64,000 nt of DNA, from contig MNCI01000921.1 of the NCBI GenBank assembly GCA_015680685.1, forward strand, positions 244,423 to 308,422. The letters are read 5' to 3'. The position numbers and the translations under genes are program-made. The DNA comes from Gnetum montanum. Lineage: Eukaryota > Plantae > Gnetophyta. Positions 1-13,229 of the stretch are shown here, piece by piece. A model generated the notes under the pieces. That model did no database searches, was not told the DNA's origin, and worked only from the letters and a program-made list of their open reading frames with translations. The first letter of the stretch is position 1. Every line of letters starts with the position of its first letter.

Positions 1-2660
1 CCAAGAATAGGCCCAAGAAGAACAAGCAGCATTGACAAAGTAATCCCACTAGGATGAAGCACTAGCTCAACAAGAAAACCTTAAGGTGACCTTGACAGAA
101 GCCTGCCTTGAGTAGATCAAATCAAAGGAGGTTTAGAAAATAGTGCTCCAAGAGTTGAATTTTTACTCTTTCTTGGATCAAGCACCTCAAGAAGTACAAG
201 ATCAACTAAAGACCTCTCCTATGTGGCCCATCATCACTTTTAGCAAGGAGTAGTACATGGGAGAGATGTTCTTATTCTAGAATAATAGGAAAGCTAGTTC
301 AATGGTCAATATCAAGGACATTTTAGTGTCCTACTCGGTGTAGGCCATTTCAGAGGCACTTGGGTTGCCAAAATTGGGACAAATCTCACTAAGATTCCAA
401 TACAGGAAAATCCTAGCATCAAGAAAAAATAGATACAACAATGTTATGGTGTTGACCATAAGGAGTATGATGTGCTCATTGATAGAGAGAATCTACTACA
501 AGATTACAACCTTTCATCTCAATCCATGGTGATGCCAAGCAAGATCACTACCTTCTCTACCTATGCATGTGTGACTCTAAGTGGTAGATTCACTATCAAC
601 CTTTCACATATAATTTATCCTGAGATAGAAAAGTGCTTCAAGGAGAATGAACATGGAAAGAAGGCATTTCAATTTCCATGCCTCATCAGAAAACTATGTT
701 AGAGGGGAGGGATAACTTGCTATATAAATGATGATGTTCAACATGCTTCATCTACTAATTGGATAGAGATGATGAAGGACAAAGTTCCTACAAAATTCAT
801 CCAAGAAGAGGAGTAGCAACCACCACCTCCACCATCCACTCAGCAAACAATGTCAAATGTCATTGCAACTTCTCAATGGTTGTGCAAATTCTAAGAATGG
901 CTCTTGAGTGAGTAAGAGCAATAATAGGAATGAGTGGTGGTGATCCATTTGTGTGTTGGTCAACAACGATTTACCTAAATGTAGTGGCTCAAACAATTAG
1001 CCAAATGGGGGGAGGTGGACCAATTTTTTTGGCCTAAAGAATCCAGCTTCCTACAAGATTGAATCTTAGTGCTTGAGAGGTAATAGTATCCCTCTTGCAA
1101 CAATAGCAATTTCCAAAAATATCTAGGAATGTCGCTAGGATTTCAGTGCACTTGGAGAGGTGTGATGGAACAACAGTTTTGATGATGCAACACCAAGGGT
1201 AAGAGATAGTAGCAAAGGTGGTTATTGATATATAATTTCTAAAACTCTAAATGCAATGCTAGACATCTCTACACTTAAAAATGTGCAGACATTTATAGGA
1301 ATAGCAAGTGGTAAGTTGAATGCAACACAACATGAACAATTGTTGGACCAACTAGTGGGAACTAGGCAACTGATTTTAGATGTCTTCGACCTTCCAGACA
1401 ACATAACTACAATTCAATCAGAGCTACTAGAAGCAAGGGGCAAGAATATCATTTTTGATGGGAAACTCAAAATAGCCAAAGAGCTAAATGAATGCTTGGA
1501 TATGGAGGTTTCCAAGCTAAGAGCCTAGATTATTGACTTTGCATTCCTCAAACTATTACTAATAAAGAATGAAGCTCTTGAATAGCTTCACATAAGATTG
1601 AAAGGGGTTGAGGCTTTGTAGAGGCACTCAGCATAAAATTCAAAAGGCCTTGGATCAGACTCACTAGGAGAATGTACGATTGACCACAGAGAACCATCTC
1701 CTGTGAAATGTTGATGCGCAAAAGATAGAATATGGTAGATTTCATCCATCAATAGTAAGAGTAGCTATCTAGAGTGAACATTGAGTTGAGGGGATTGGCA
1801 GTAGAAAATAGGAACCTATCCATTGAGGATGTCCATGCTCTTTGCCAAACGACTACAATCAAAGTTCCCACCTAGAAATCATAGGCTCTTAAATTTAAGA
1901 AAGTTAAAAATCACTATAGAGATCAAGTTGGTCTATAAAATGAAGTTAATGAAAACCACATCTAGTTGGCAAAGGCAAAAGTAAATGAGACCCTCTAGTA
2001 ACTCTAGCAAGGAAGAGAGATTTGGTAACCAATAGTTAATAGGATAGATGCCTGCAACAAAGCAGAAATCCACATGAAGGAGTTGCAGTTTGAGAAGATA
2101 AAAAAACACATGAAGCTTGTCAATCTTTGATATACAAATTTGGGTATGTTTACTATTAGGTGACCATGGTCTGAATTAGAGAAACAAGTGGCCAACTTGT
2201 ACTTGTTGAACAAGGTAGAGTTCAAGAACCACAAGGACACAAAGTAGAAGCTTGCAGTGGAAAACTTAAAACTTGAGGTTCTCAAGGCAGATTTCACTAA
2301 TTAAAGATCAACTATTGAGAACCTGGCCAAGAGGATGCATGAATACTAGGAGCTATAGAACACACTTAAAGTGTTTGATATTGAATGTAAGCAATTCACT
2401 ACCTAGTTTATCAATGTAAAGGAGTTGTTCCCAGTAATTCCCTATGCTTAGGATATCCACAATCCAACCCACGTTGGTGATATTGCATGGACTATGAATG
2501 ATCCTTAAGCAAGGAGGAGAAGATGAAGGCATGGTTGAATGTCTTTTGCCTTCCATCCAAAATGGTAGCTACAAAAAGATAGCCACAACCACTTCAACCA
2601 TTACATGCACTTGAAGTAGGACAAGGTCCTTTGAAACCTTAGGAACCTCCATCGCCTAGG
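1..2660 (+). pseudogene. Decayed accessory (env-position) ORF of an Athila-like Ty3/gypsy element
   Basis: ORF pieces 472-702 (..FQFPCLIRKLC) and 1256-1528 (coiled-coil-like) align with minus-strand pieces at 10178-10420 (..FSYLIRKLC) and ~9480-9750 in element A. Lies just upstream of a PPT and LTR. Many TAG/TAA stops. Confidence 0.65.
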
Positions 2661-2895
2661 ATTGTCTAATCTTTTCAACTGTCTTCACATCATCAGAGGA
2701 TGTGTTATACAATTTTTTTTAGTCATGTTCTAGTGTTCAATATTGTATCAGGAACATCACAATTATGTAATCAATGTTAATTCATACACCTAAGCACTTA
2801 GTTTTATTTTGTTCTGTTGTGTGTCAATCAATAATTCTATGCCTTCCTAATTTTTAAAGACCTCAAGGATGATTTTTCATTTACTCATGAGGGTA

Positions 2896-3614
2896 TAATG
2901 AAGTGTCTTTGATTGGCTACATCAACAAGATGCTGTTGACATGACCTTATCAACGAGATCCCATTGACATAGGGTTTCTGACGTTGATGTGTACTTGTCG
3001 ACATGCACTCTAGTATGTCTATAAATATGACATCCTAGTCGTGTTAATGGAAAGTTAGAATTTCAGTTGCTACTAGAACTCTTGTAGTTTATTTTTGTGA
3101 GAGATAGAATAATTTTCTAAGTGCCCATAGTAGGAGTTCAGGAGTGTACGGGTCTTTATTCAAACACTAGTGCACCTAAGCACCGTAGTATGTGTAGTAA
3201 TAAAGATGAGCTTTTTTGATAAACCTTGTAGCACTTGGACTAGCTTAATGATTTATTTATGCATTTATTGTTTTCATTAATTAAGTAATTAGTTAAGCTA
3301 AGATGATTAAGAATTTACGTAATTAATTAATTAAGCTAAATAAACTAGCATACATAAGTATGACCACTTCGAGCATAGGTATAACACTTAGTAATCCCAG
3401 TAGCACTTAACACTTAGTTGCCCAACAATGTTGTATGTGTTCAAGATGTGTACAGAAAGTGGGACCAAATGCTTATGTTAGGATAGCTAGTTATTAATTA
3501 GAAATTAAGTTAGTTAAATTAGTTAATCAATCTATTCTCAATCTATTACCAACCTTAAGTGAACAAAATATAAAATAATAAAAATCATGTGCCTCAATTA
3601 CACTTAACCATACA
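2896..3614 (+). mobile_element. 3' LTR (truncated) of Athila-like element 0
   Basis: catgagggta|taatgaag matches the reverse complement of the element E PPT/LTR boundary (catgggggta|tgatgag, ~34892-34908). The body (e.g. 3079-3180, 3440-3614) is similar to the reverse complement of the E LTRs. Similarity stops at ttaaccataca (3614). Confidence 0.75.
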
Positions 3615-4178
3615 GTTGAGCCTCATAAGTGTAGTTGGGATNCACTTATTTAACTAAAGAGTTTTGTAAGAATTTCCTGCTTTTGAGAAATCCAAATGTT
3701 TGAATTTGTTCAAAGATGTTTATCTTTTGCAAGTCTTGAATGGAAAAATCTATTAGTAGGTGGTGAATTTTGTAGATAATATTAGGGCTTCATAAAAAAT
3801 CTAAGTTTCAAAGGTTATGGTTATTTAAATATTGAGTTTGAATTTGAGTAAGTATGCATTGGTGCATGAGAGAGATCTTTTTTAGATATTATCTGATGAA
3901 TAGTTTATCAATTTTGGTATTTTATTTTACTTTAATTCAGCTATTAATTATTTCTTCCATTTTATTTTAAATTTTTAAAATTTATTACTATTATAGTTTT
4001 ATTAAAAAGTTTTATTTTAACTTTTTTAAAAGATATATTTTTAAAAATATTTTGGTTTCTATCATTCATACAAATATTCATTCTACTTATATAATTTTTA
4101 TACCAATCATTTTGCTTTTATCAATTGAGACTATATCTTGGTTCTTAAAGTGTTGGTTAATAATTTGGTATGTGATTC
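3615..4178 (+). mobile_element. Probable LTR fragment of an older element with a degenerate tRNA-Met PBS
   Basis: AT-rich LTR-like sequence followed by tttggtatgtgattc (4164-4178), a weak match to TGGTATCAGAGC. No partner copy verified. Confidence 0.3.
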
Positions 4179-5288
4179 ATATTTATGCATCATCATCTTT
4201 TTCTAGCACTGATGAGCAGTAAAGTATCCAACACCCAACCATACGAGTTATGAGTGTTCACACACAACCTGATCAAATTTCATGGATAAGGAAATGTAAT
4301 TATGTTAGTAATTGGTTAGAGTTTGCGATTATTGTCTTCTCATGTGAGCTAGTAAAACTAATGCATATGGTTTAACTCATGGTGAGGTGTATGATACTGA
4401 TGTTGTATGGGCCATATTTCTCCTAGTAAACATAAAGTAAATGAAGTGGTTACTAAATCTAAGTGATAGTAAACAAATCTAATCTAGCCTATGTGATGAG
4501 CATTCAATCCTAACCTTTTGTTCACACCTTGGACTTTGCACAACTACTACTAGGGTTACTAGGTACCTCACTACTAGGCATACTAAGTGTTAGTACTACT
4601 GGGTTACCAAACAGCTACACTTAAGTGCTCGGGATCAGTCGTACTTATTCTACTTTACAATAGTAATGATAAAGTGCATAAAAAGTAAATTAGCAACTAG
4701 AGAAAATAGTAAACATTAAGCTAAGTCAAAGCAGGAAAATTATTATAAGTATGAAAAGAAAGGAAACTAAGTTATGTTGCATTGATGCAAAGTAATCTTG
4801 ATCTTTATTTCCATGCATGAAATGTGTTGAAGTACATTCCACTTGAATAAAGACTTCATTCAATTACTAAACATCAAATTGCAGGCATACACTCCTAAGT
4901 GCTAAGTGCTAAAATCAAGAAAACAAACTGATAGAATTTCACTAAGTGTGAAATCAAATTGTATGTGGACCGTGTTGGCACATTTTAGCCATTTTATGGA
5001 ACAGAGACATGAGATGATTGAGATTTCCAAAATATTTCAATACAAATATTTGAAATGGCAAGATGTAATCTAAAAAGGTATTGATTCCTATCACTTGTTA
5101 AAAAAAAAGAGATGGATTGGAAGAAAAATGGAGAGAATTAAAACAATTATCAATATAAACAACACAAGAATTTTATCTACAGGCTTAACGTTACCAGCAT
5201 GGATGTTCTAGCGTATAACTCAATGGTAACATTAGGATGGCATTGGCTCTACATCCCATGTTAAGAGGTCCTGTCACACATTTCTCAG

Positions 5289-5893
5289 CATATGGGGATT
5301 TTAATAAATTTTCCCGTAGACTAAGAGAAGGATGTCAAAAGACAAGCATAAACCTTATTGATGTTCCGAATGGTAGGAAAGATGCTGCAGACAGGCCATT
5401 TTGGTAGATATGTTTATGTTTGTCCTAGATAATCCTCCACCCTCAACTATTTTTTTTGATATCAAGAGATGTTGATTTTTCTGTTGCATTGCACAAATTG
5501 AAGCATTGGAATTTTATAACTGGACTTGCAGTTCCTTTTAAAGCAAATGTCTCATCTGCTTTGTGGAAAGCAAGTCAGATTATCTTTAATTGGCCAAGTC
5601 TTGCACAGGGACAACTTATCACAGTTTGTTTTGAAGGACCTGTTTTGTATCAATATACTCCATATCATGCCCTGGATGCAGGGAAGCCATCTTTTAGAAT
5701 TGAAGATGATACAACCGACTATTACATTGAACATCCTAATAACAGCAGGGGTTTCTGCGCATCAACAGAGGGTATGATTTCGATTCCATATGAATAGAAC
5801 CTAGACAGTATAGGTGTGCAGCAAATTTACAGGCCTCCATCAACGACATCATGCTCGTGGACGACAACGTCGATGCTTTCACCATGGCATGAG
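5289..5893 (+). other. Candidate captured gene fragment (exon-like segments, product unknown)
   Basis: Exon 5289/5320-5372 (..LREGCQKTSINLIDVPN) joins in phase over a GT-AG intron (5373-5531) to 5532-5771 (VPFKANVSSALWK...GFCASTE). A further 50-nt GT-AG intron (5772-5821) would add ANLQASINDIMLVDDNVDAFTMA*. No recognised domain. Confidence 0.35.
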
Positions 5894-7252
5894 CGCGATG
5901 CGCTAGGGCATGTGCACTGCTGGAAGGTCTGTGATTTTCGGCAACATTTTGTTGGCCACGATCAAAGGCGATGGCGGAGAGGGCGGCAGCGGCACCAGCA
6001 TGACGTTATTTATGTACACTGACAGAAACATGTGGCCGCGGCAGTCATGAAAATGGGTATAGAGGACTCTGCCAATGTCTACCATTGAGAATGATACCCT
6101 TAGCCCAGTCTATATAGCCAATCTCCTGTGATAGATATTTTTCAACTAATTCCACCAGGATTAAATCAAAAACGGATATAAAAAAAACATTCGTCTCTGC
6201 CCGGCCGCGGCCGCGATCTAGTGCTGTTGAGTCTGGAGCAAGTCCCCCGCCGCTGCACCGATCTTCAGGGTTTCTGGTTCTCAACACCGTGTGGGAAATG
6301 TGTAAGAAGAAATGGTTTGGGGCTTGAGCAAAGAGAATTGCATAATTAGGAGCCGATAAATGCTACAACAAAACATTATGAAACCTTTTGAAAATGAGTT
6401 CGGACAAGAGATCGATGCTCATGATGCAGTTATTCGAGGGAATGAAGCTCCAGTTTATCAAAAATATGCCAAATATGTGGGAATGAAGAGGTACTTTCAT
6501 CTAATTGCTAGTAAAGGAGGCCACACAAGCCTCTCCAAATTATTCTGCAGCATGACCAAGGGGAGATAGATGATCAAATTCTATTTATTGACCTTTATGT
6601 CGTTCCTAAATATAAAGTTATATGTATAGCTATTTTATAAAAAGGGGGATTTATGGACATTTCCAACTATAGCTTTTATTTATATAATTGTAACTTTATG
6701 TGGAAGTTATAACTTCCTAGCCTTAATCCATGATGTTTGTAACCATTAAAAAGGCCACTTGTCAACTATAGCCTTTTTATCTCCACAATGGCCACTTGTC
6801 AACTAAATGGGACACGTGTTAGATGCAACATTTTTATCTCTTTGGTGGTTGCAACCACCCAAAATTGTTGTAACTTACCTAACTTGTTGGGCAAGTAACC
6901 TCCTAACTTGTTGGGCAAGTAATCTCCTAATTGGTTGGCCAAGTTACTTGGGAGAGAAGTTAGGTGAGATATTTTTGAATATGTAACTTCCCTACCTACC
7001 TTTGAACCCTATAAAAAGGCTTTAGGGGTCAAGGACGATGACATTGGGGAACTTTTGGAAGGTCTCATACATCACACTTTTGGAGATCACACTTTGGAAG
7101 GCTACTAGTTAGCACTTAGGCTCTCACTTAAAGACACACTTTGGGGTCTTGAGAAGTGCATTTGTAAAGAAGAATTGTAAAGAAGATTGCTTGTAAGATG
7201 GCTTGCTAAAGGAAAGATTTCAGCCTCTTTGTCATAGTCCTGTGAGTTATGT

Positions 7253-8012
7253 NNNNNNNNNNNNNNNNNNNNNNNNNNNNNNNNNNNNNNNNNNNNNNNN
7301 NNNNNNNNNNNNNNNNNNNNNNNNNNNNNNNNNNNNNNNNNNNNNNNNNNNNNNNNNNNNNNNNNNNNNNNNNNNNNNNNNNNNNNNNNNNNNNNNNNNN
7401 NNNNNNNNNNNNNNNNNNNNNNNNNNNNNNNNNNNNNNNNNNNNNNNNNNNNNNNNNNNNNNNNNNNNNNNNNNNNNNNNNNNNNNNNNNNNNNNNNNNN
7501 NNNNNNNNNNNNNNNNNNNNNNNNNNNNNNNNNNNNNNNNNNNNNNNNNNNNNNNNNNNNNNNNNNNNNNNNNNNNNNNNNNNNNNNNNNNNNNNNNNNN
7601 NNNNNNNNNNNNNNNNNNNNNNNNNNNNNNNNNNNNNNNNNNNNNNNNNNNNNNNNNNNNNNNNNNNNNNNNNNNNNNNNNNNNNNNNNNNNNNNNNNNN
7701 NNNNNNNNNNNNNNNNNNNNNNNNNNNNNNNNNNNNNNNNNNNNNNNNNNNNNNNNNNNNNNNNNNNNNNNNNNNNNNNNNNNNNNNNNNNNNNNNNNNN
7801 NNNNNNNNNNNNNNNNNNNNNNNNNNNNNNNNNNNNNNNNNNNNNNNNNNNNNNNNNNNNNNNNNNNNNNNNNNNNNNNNNNNNNNNNNNNNNNNNNNNN
7901 NNNNNNNNNNNNNNNNNNNNNNNNNNNNNNNNNNNNNNNNNNNNNNNNNNNNNNNNNNNNNNNNNNNNNNNNNNNNNNNNNNNNNNNNNNNNNNNNNNNN
8001 NNNNNNNNNNNN
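7253..8012. other. Assembly gap (760 N)
   Basis: Run of N. Confidence 1.
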
Positions 8013-8384
8013 GCGGTCACGTCCCAAATGGTCGCCAACAGACCGTATCCCTAAGTGTTGTATATATAGGCCTTCATACGTTTGTAATATCAAATATGTA
8101 ACATTGTAGCTTATGCCCTAATATCAGGGATCCAATATCTAATGCTCAATATCATTGCCTACAAAATTTCAATTTATCATATCCCCACAACTAATTGAAA
8201 ACTCATCCTCAAGTTAAAACAAAATGAGGATGGAGTTTCCTACAAAATTAAAAGGTAGATTTAGATGACACTGGCTACAATATACATGTCTCTTAAATTT
8301 CACTGTGGAGTTTACAAAAATTGACACATTTCATTATATGATAGCTTTAACAAAAAATGAAATATGGTGAAGCTTTATGTAACC

Positions 8385-11085
8385 TTATCTAGTTCCATGT
8401 GGTGGTGGCTCTTCCATTGGTTGATTTCCCTTATCATTAGGCTTCTGAATTTTGTACCTATTTAAGAGCACTTGAAGCTTTTCTTCTTCCATTCTAGGAT
8501 CATGAACTATCCATGTTGATGAACCAATATTTGATGGAGCATGTTCCATGGGCATGGTAGCTATGGAAACATCTCGTTTTCTTTGACATACCAAAGTTGC
8601 GAATCACCTCCTCTCTTCTTCAAACATTGTGATCTTCTCTCATAATTCATGGTAGTTTAATAATCTTCTATCCAGGTTTATTGCTACATCTTTTTGCCTA
8701 TGGTAGTTGGCCTTTACTGCTTCCAATTTAGAGTTTGCTACTTGGAGTTTTTGTAAGGCATCTTTATGATCTGCAAAGTATTTTTTTGTATAATGCATAG
8801 GTGGCTGCTACTTGCTATTCTAATTCATTTATGGTCTTGCTTGTTGTTAACATGGCTAAGTTAGCATAACAGAGGTTAGCTAGCACCATGTATTCTTTCA
8901 GGTCCTCTATCTATAGGTCTTTGTTTTTCACTTTCACTTGGTGAACAAGGGCATAACTATCCAAGATGGATTTCCAATTAGGGTTTTTTGCTAATTGGAA
9001 GTGTTCCTTAAGCCTCTCATGTTTATCTATTGTACGTGCTTACCTAGTCATGGAAGTGTTCCTTAAGCCTCTCATGTTTCTTTGCCTCATTTTGTCATGT
9101 GTTGATTTCAATGGCTGATTTTTGTTGAATGACGTGTACCTCCTCCATAGAGAGGAATTCATTTTCTTTTGTGAAGTTGCTCATATCTTAGTTGATCCTC
9201 AACAATTGTTCTCTTCACTTGTGGATGCTCTCCTCTAAGATGTTTTTCTACTTCTCTACAATGGTCAACCTCATGTTTGTTAATAGCAAGTTATTTATTT
9301 TCCTCCCATATTATTGTATGTGCCTTCACATGTGCATATGTTTGTGCTTTAGCTATGGAGGCATTCCATATTGCTTTCTCCCTCTCAGTTACTAGCTATT
9401 TATTCTACTTGATCAAACTATTGATCTACTCTATTTTAAATTACTCAATCTAGTTAGGTTCAATGAATTGCATAGGATCTCTTCATTTAGCTCTCAAGGC
9501 TGCAAGCTCTTCTTGTAGTTTTAGAATTTCTGCTTCTGCATACTCTAACTTGGTCTCTACCATGATCAATTTTTCTTTGGTGGTAATGAGCTCAGACTAT
9601 ACTATAGTGATATCATGGAGGATGTTAAATAGTGTTGTCATGACTTGTCCAGTTTGTAATAGCCTATTGAGCACATCCTCATTATCAGCATGAGTCATTG
9701 AGGTTGTGGCTAGCATTTGAGCATCTCTAGCTCTAGTTATATTTGCTAGTGGTACAAAAAGTATATTAAAGGATTCCTTGATATGATTAATGATTATCTT
9801 TGCTACTCTTGATGCTGCATTACCATAACCATGGCTTCTTCTCTAGTCTCTAGCACCACATGGAATGATGTAGCATTCCCAGAGATCTATTATGATCATT
9901 ATACCTCTCCTCCTAATTGTAATGAAATCTATTCACTTGTGGGATCAATTGATAGTGTGGATTTGATGGCATTGTTGATAACTCTATAAAGATTGGCCTC
10001 TTTCCCTATTCCCCAGCTAATTGTTTCTACAATTTGTTGTAGATGACTCATCGACCGTTGGTAGTATTGTGGTGGCAATGGTGGGACTTGCTGATGTTTT
10101 TGCTCTTGTTGCTCTTGCTATTGGCCATTAGGCCCTACTAGGTATTGTTGTTGTTGCTCTTGTTCTTGTTCTTTCTCTTAATCCTCACCATGGTTTTTTC
10201 TTGGTGATATTGGTTTGAGCAACTCAATGTATGAAGCATTTTTTGCTCTCTTGGGAATGTCATTGGTGTATCTTAGGATTTTGACTTGCTTGCACAACTT
10301 CCTAATAAGGTAAGAAAATGAAAGTGTTGGTTTTGTTGCCTTATTTTCTTCAAATTGCCTTTTTATTTCCATAAAATAAAGTTGTGTGATTTTGGCATTG
10401 TATTTGTCCATCAAAATCACACATCCTCTAGTTGCATAAGTAAATAACCTTTTGAGTCCTTTGGTTCAAGTAAATTCTTTCTTCTAGAGTTAGCTCATTA
10501 TAGCCCTTATCTTCTTTGCCATAACCCCATTTTAGCCATAGCTTTCTAGTTTTAGGATCTGATCAAGTGGATAGATGTGCTAACCTTACCTCTTCATTGG
10601 ATATATTTAGAGCTTCAACAATTGCCTTGATTAAGAATGAAACTAAGATTTCTCCAATGTTAATAATAGTGTTCTCTTCTTTTTTGTGCCAAAACTGATA
10701 TGTTTCTCCAAGGTACCATTCACCAATCTATGACAATGTAGGCCATAGTCATGATGCTTAGAGTTGTGTCCTTTTTGCTTCAGGAACAAATTCCATAAAC
10801 AGGCCAAAGTTCATTTCCATAATGACTATGGTTATGATGGATCTTTCTTGGATGATGTGGAGGTAGTCTTATCACACCATGAGACATTGTCTTGGCACTT
10901 GTGATTCCTCTATCTCTCCTTCGGCTAATTGTCCTATAGAAGGTGTCTTGATGAATGTTGAACAATTAGGCTTCCTACTCCTCATGTTCTAGTTCTTGTC
11001 CTCTAGTTCAGCCTCTAGCTTAGCCTCTTGATCATTTTCTTGCTCATTATGAGGGTCTTCCTTATGCTTCTCTCTTTGGGGCCAT
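8385..11085 (-). pseudogene. Accessory (env-position) ORF of element A, decayed
   Basis: Starts ttgtag|ATG GCC CCA AAG (MAPKR, ATG at 11085). Contains the LIRKLC motif (10178-10420), a Q-rich stretch (~10080-10180) and a coiled-coil-like C-terminal half. Homologous to 1-2660. Confidence 0.65.
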
Positions 11086-13229
11086 CTACAATCAATAAGA
11101 ATTAAAAATTACTAAGGTATTCACATTTATTCTTAACATTTTTATACCTTACTCATACCCTTAGTTTCATTAAGTTCTTAGTTAGTGATTGTAGAGTTAG
11201 AATCTTTTTGCCAAAAAGTAATCCCATAGGTGTTAATCCTTTTATAACCCTTCACAATTGTCTAATTTGTTCTTATGTATGGCTCATTATGATGGTTATG
11301 GTTTTTTAGGAACATTAATTGAGTGTTTTGACATTGATATGTGTGATCATTCCTTAAAAATTTTAATTTTTATCTCATANGCTAAATAGGCATGCATTAC
11401 ATTCAACTCCTTAGTTGCCTAAGGACACTTTTAGGCATGGTTATACAAGGGCATTAAGAGTTGGATCTTGCTTTGGGAAAGATCCACTTGTATAACTATG
11501 GTATCTTATACTTGCCAAGTAATTCCACATCATCTTGAATTTTTCAAACATCAATAAACACTTCCCATATCATTTACACTATCTGTGCTAAAACCNTAAT
11601 TAGAAAATAATAATTGAAAAATATCCCTTGGCTCAAATGAAAAATGGTGAAAAAATTCTAGTTGTCCATCAATATATATAAGTTTTATGAGATCCAACAT
11701 CAAGGATCTAATATTGGAGCCCACAAAATTTCACTTTTCATAAGGGTTTGGTGGGAAAAATTGATTCTTATGGATATTTGAAAGGTTTTAAGGTTCCTCA
11801 GAGGGTTTGGATGATGGGAATATGCATATTTTTGTGAGAAATTCATTGTAGAAAGTCGATAAATAAGAAATCTTAGGCTATGAAAGCTCATTAGATGGTT
11901 AATAAGGGTAATGGATTCATGGTTTTAGCACAGATAGTGTAAATGATATGGGAAGTGTTTATTGATGTTTGAAAAATTCAAGATGATGTGGAATTACTTG
12001 GCAAGTATAAGATACCATAGTTATACAAGTGGATCTTTCCCAAAGCAAGATCCAACTCTTAATGCCCTTGTATAACCATGCCTAAAAGTGTCCTTAGGCA
12101 ACTAAGGAGTTGAATGTAATGCATGCCTATTTAGCAAAACACATATGTTAGTACCACCAAATTTGGAAAATAACACTATGTTACACAAAATCATAAGTTA
12201 TGACTATTCAAATAGCAATATGAGATGGATGTAAAATGGATTGTAGAAATTGGAATGTGAGATGTCTTACCATAGGCATAATAAATTCATGTGTTTTATT
12301 AGTGGTTAAAGTAATTACTAGGCTTTCTATCCAAGATTCAAACCAAGTCTAGACCACATTCCAATGACATTGCATCATTTCATCTCTTGATATTACAATC
12401 GTAAGAGTATTAATGTTGCAAGAAGTATTGTCACTTGGCATATTGTCCAAGAAAGGAGTTTATTCGTGGAACTTGTTTATTTTTTTAGATTTCTAAGAAG
12501 CTACCTATCTTTAGGCATGGATAACATGTCTTTCTAGTGAAATCCCAAAAAAAATTATTTTGTGCTCTTTTATATTTATTTGTGTCAACCTTTTAAGGTA
12601 GCACTTATTTTTCTCTTATTCCCATTTTTAATTAGATTTACAAGGATATAATACAACCTTAGAAACATGATAGAACTCACAATAGTAATCCAAAAGAATC
12701 CACAAATTCCCTTGATGTCACACCCTTTTCATTCCCACTTGGTTCTTCACTTTTAGTCTAGGCATAATGATCATAGGTTTATTCTTAGTTGTATGATGGA
12801 AAAGAATTTCATTATAGCCATGGTAAGAACCTATTATTTATGGAATGGATGGATGGATGATGTGGGCTCACTTGTTCAAATAATGAATCCCATATGACTT
12901 GATAATATAGAGAAATCTTCACCTTATTAGACTACATCTTGCCTTTATTTGTAATGTGTCTTATTAGTAATCACAATTATTTACAAAGCATTTGCAAAAA
13001 AGTATAAAAGAAATGAAAAAGATAGTAAAAATTGTGAAAAGTTTAAAGAATGAAAAATGTTAAAAGAATGGAAAATGTCATAGAATTGAAAGGTATATCA
13101 AAGAATGTCAAAAATTTACGAAATGAGAAAAGACCAAAGAATGTGAAAAATGAAAAATTTAGTAAGGTATCTACAACTCTAAATTGACTCCCCCCACAAC
13201 TATTATTAAGATTAGTTAAATGGAAGATA

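Larger units (their letters stand above)
4973..8040 (+). mobile_element. Insertion B: LTR-type element (long solo LTR, or element collapsed across the gap)
   Basis: Termini TGTTGGC...GCCAACA with perfect TSD GACCG (4968-4972, 8041-8045). TATA-like ccctataaaaagg at ~7007, short sub-repeats at 6753-6945 and R/U5-like catcacactttgga repeats after the TATA. Contains a 760-N gap. Confidence 0.8.
4210..8179 (-). repeat. 3' LTR of element A (4210-4972 + 8046-8179), interrupted by insertion B
   Basis: Colinear with 44361-45271. gtatgtggaccg|insertion|gaccgtatccctaagtgttgta corresponds to uninterrupted gtatgtggaccatgtgcctaagtgttgta at ~45112-45140. Confidence 0.9.

Noticed and set aside
7203-8109. 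Four long ORFs in the ORF track
   Set aside because: They only span the N gap.
11381-12135. Perfect 215-bp inverted repeat (11381-11595 versus 11921-12135)
   Set aside because: The left copy is bounded by single Ns (11380, 11596) and appears identical to the right copy in otherwise decayed DNA. Most likely a scaffolding artefact.
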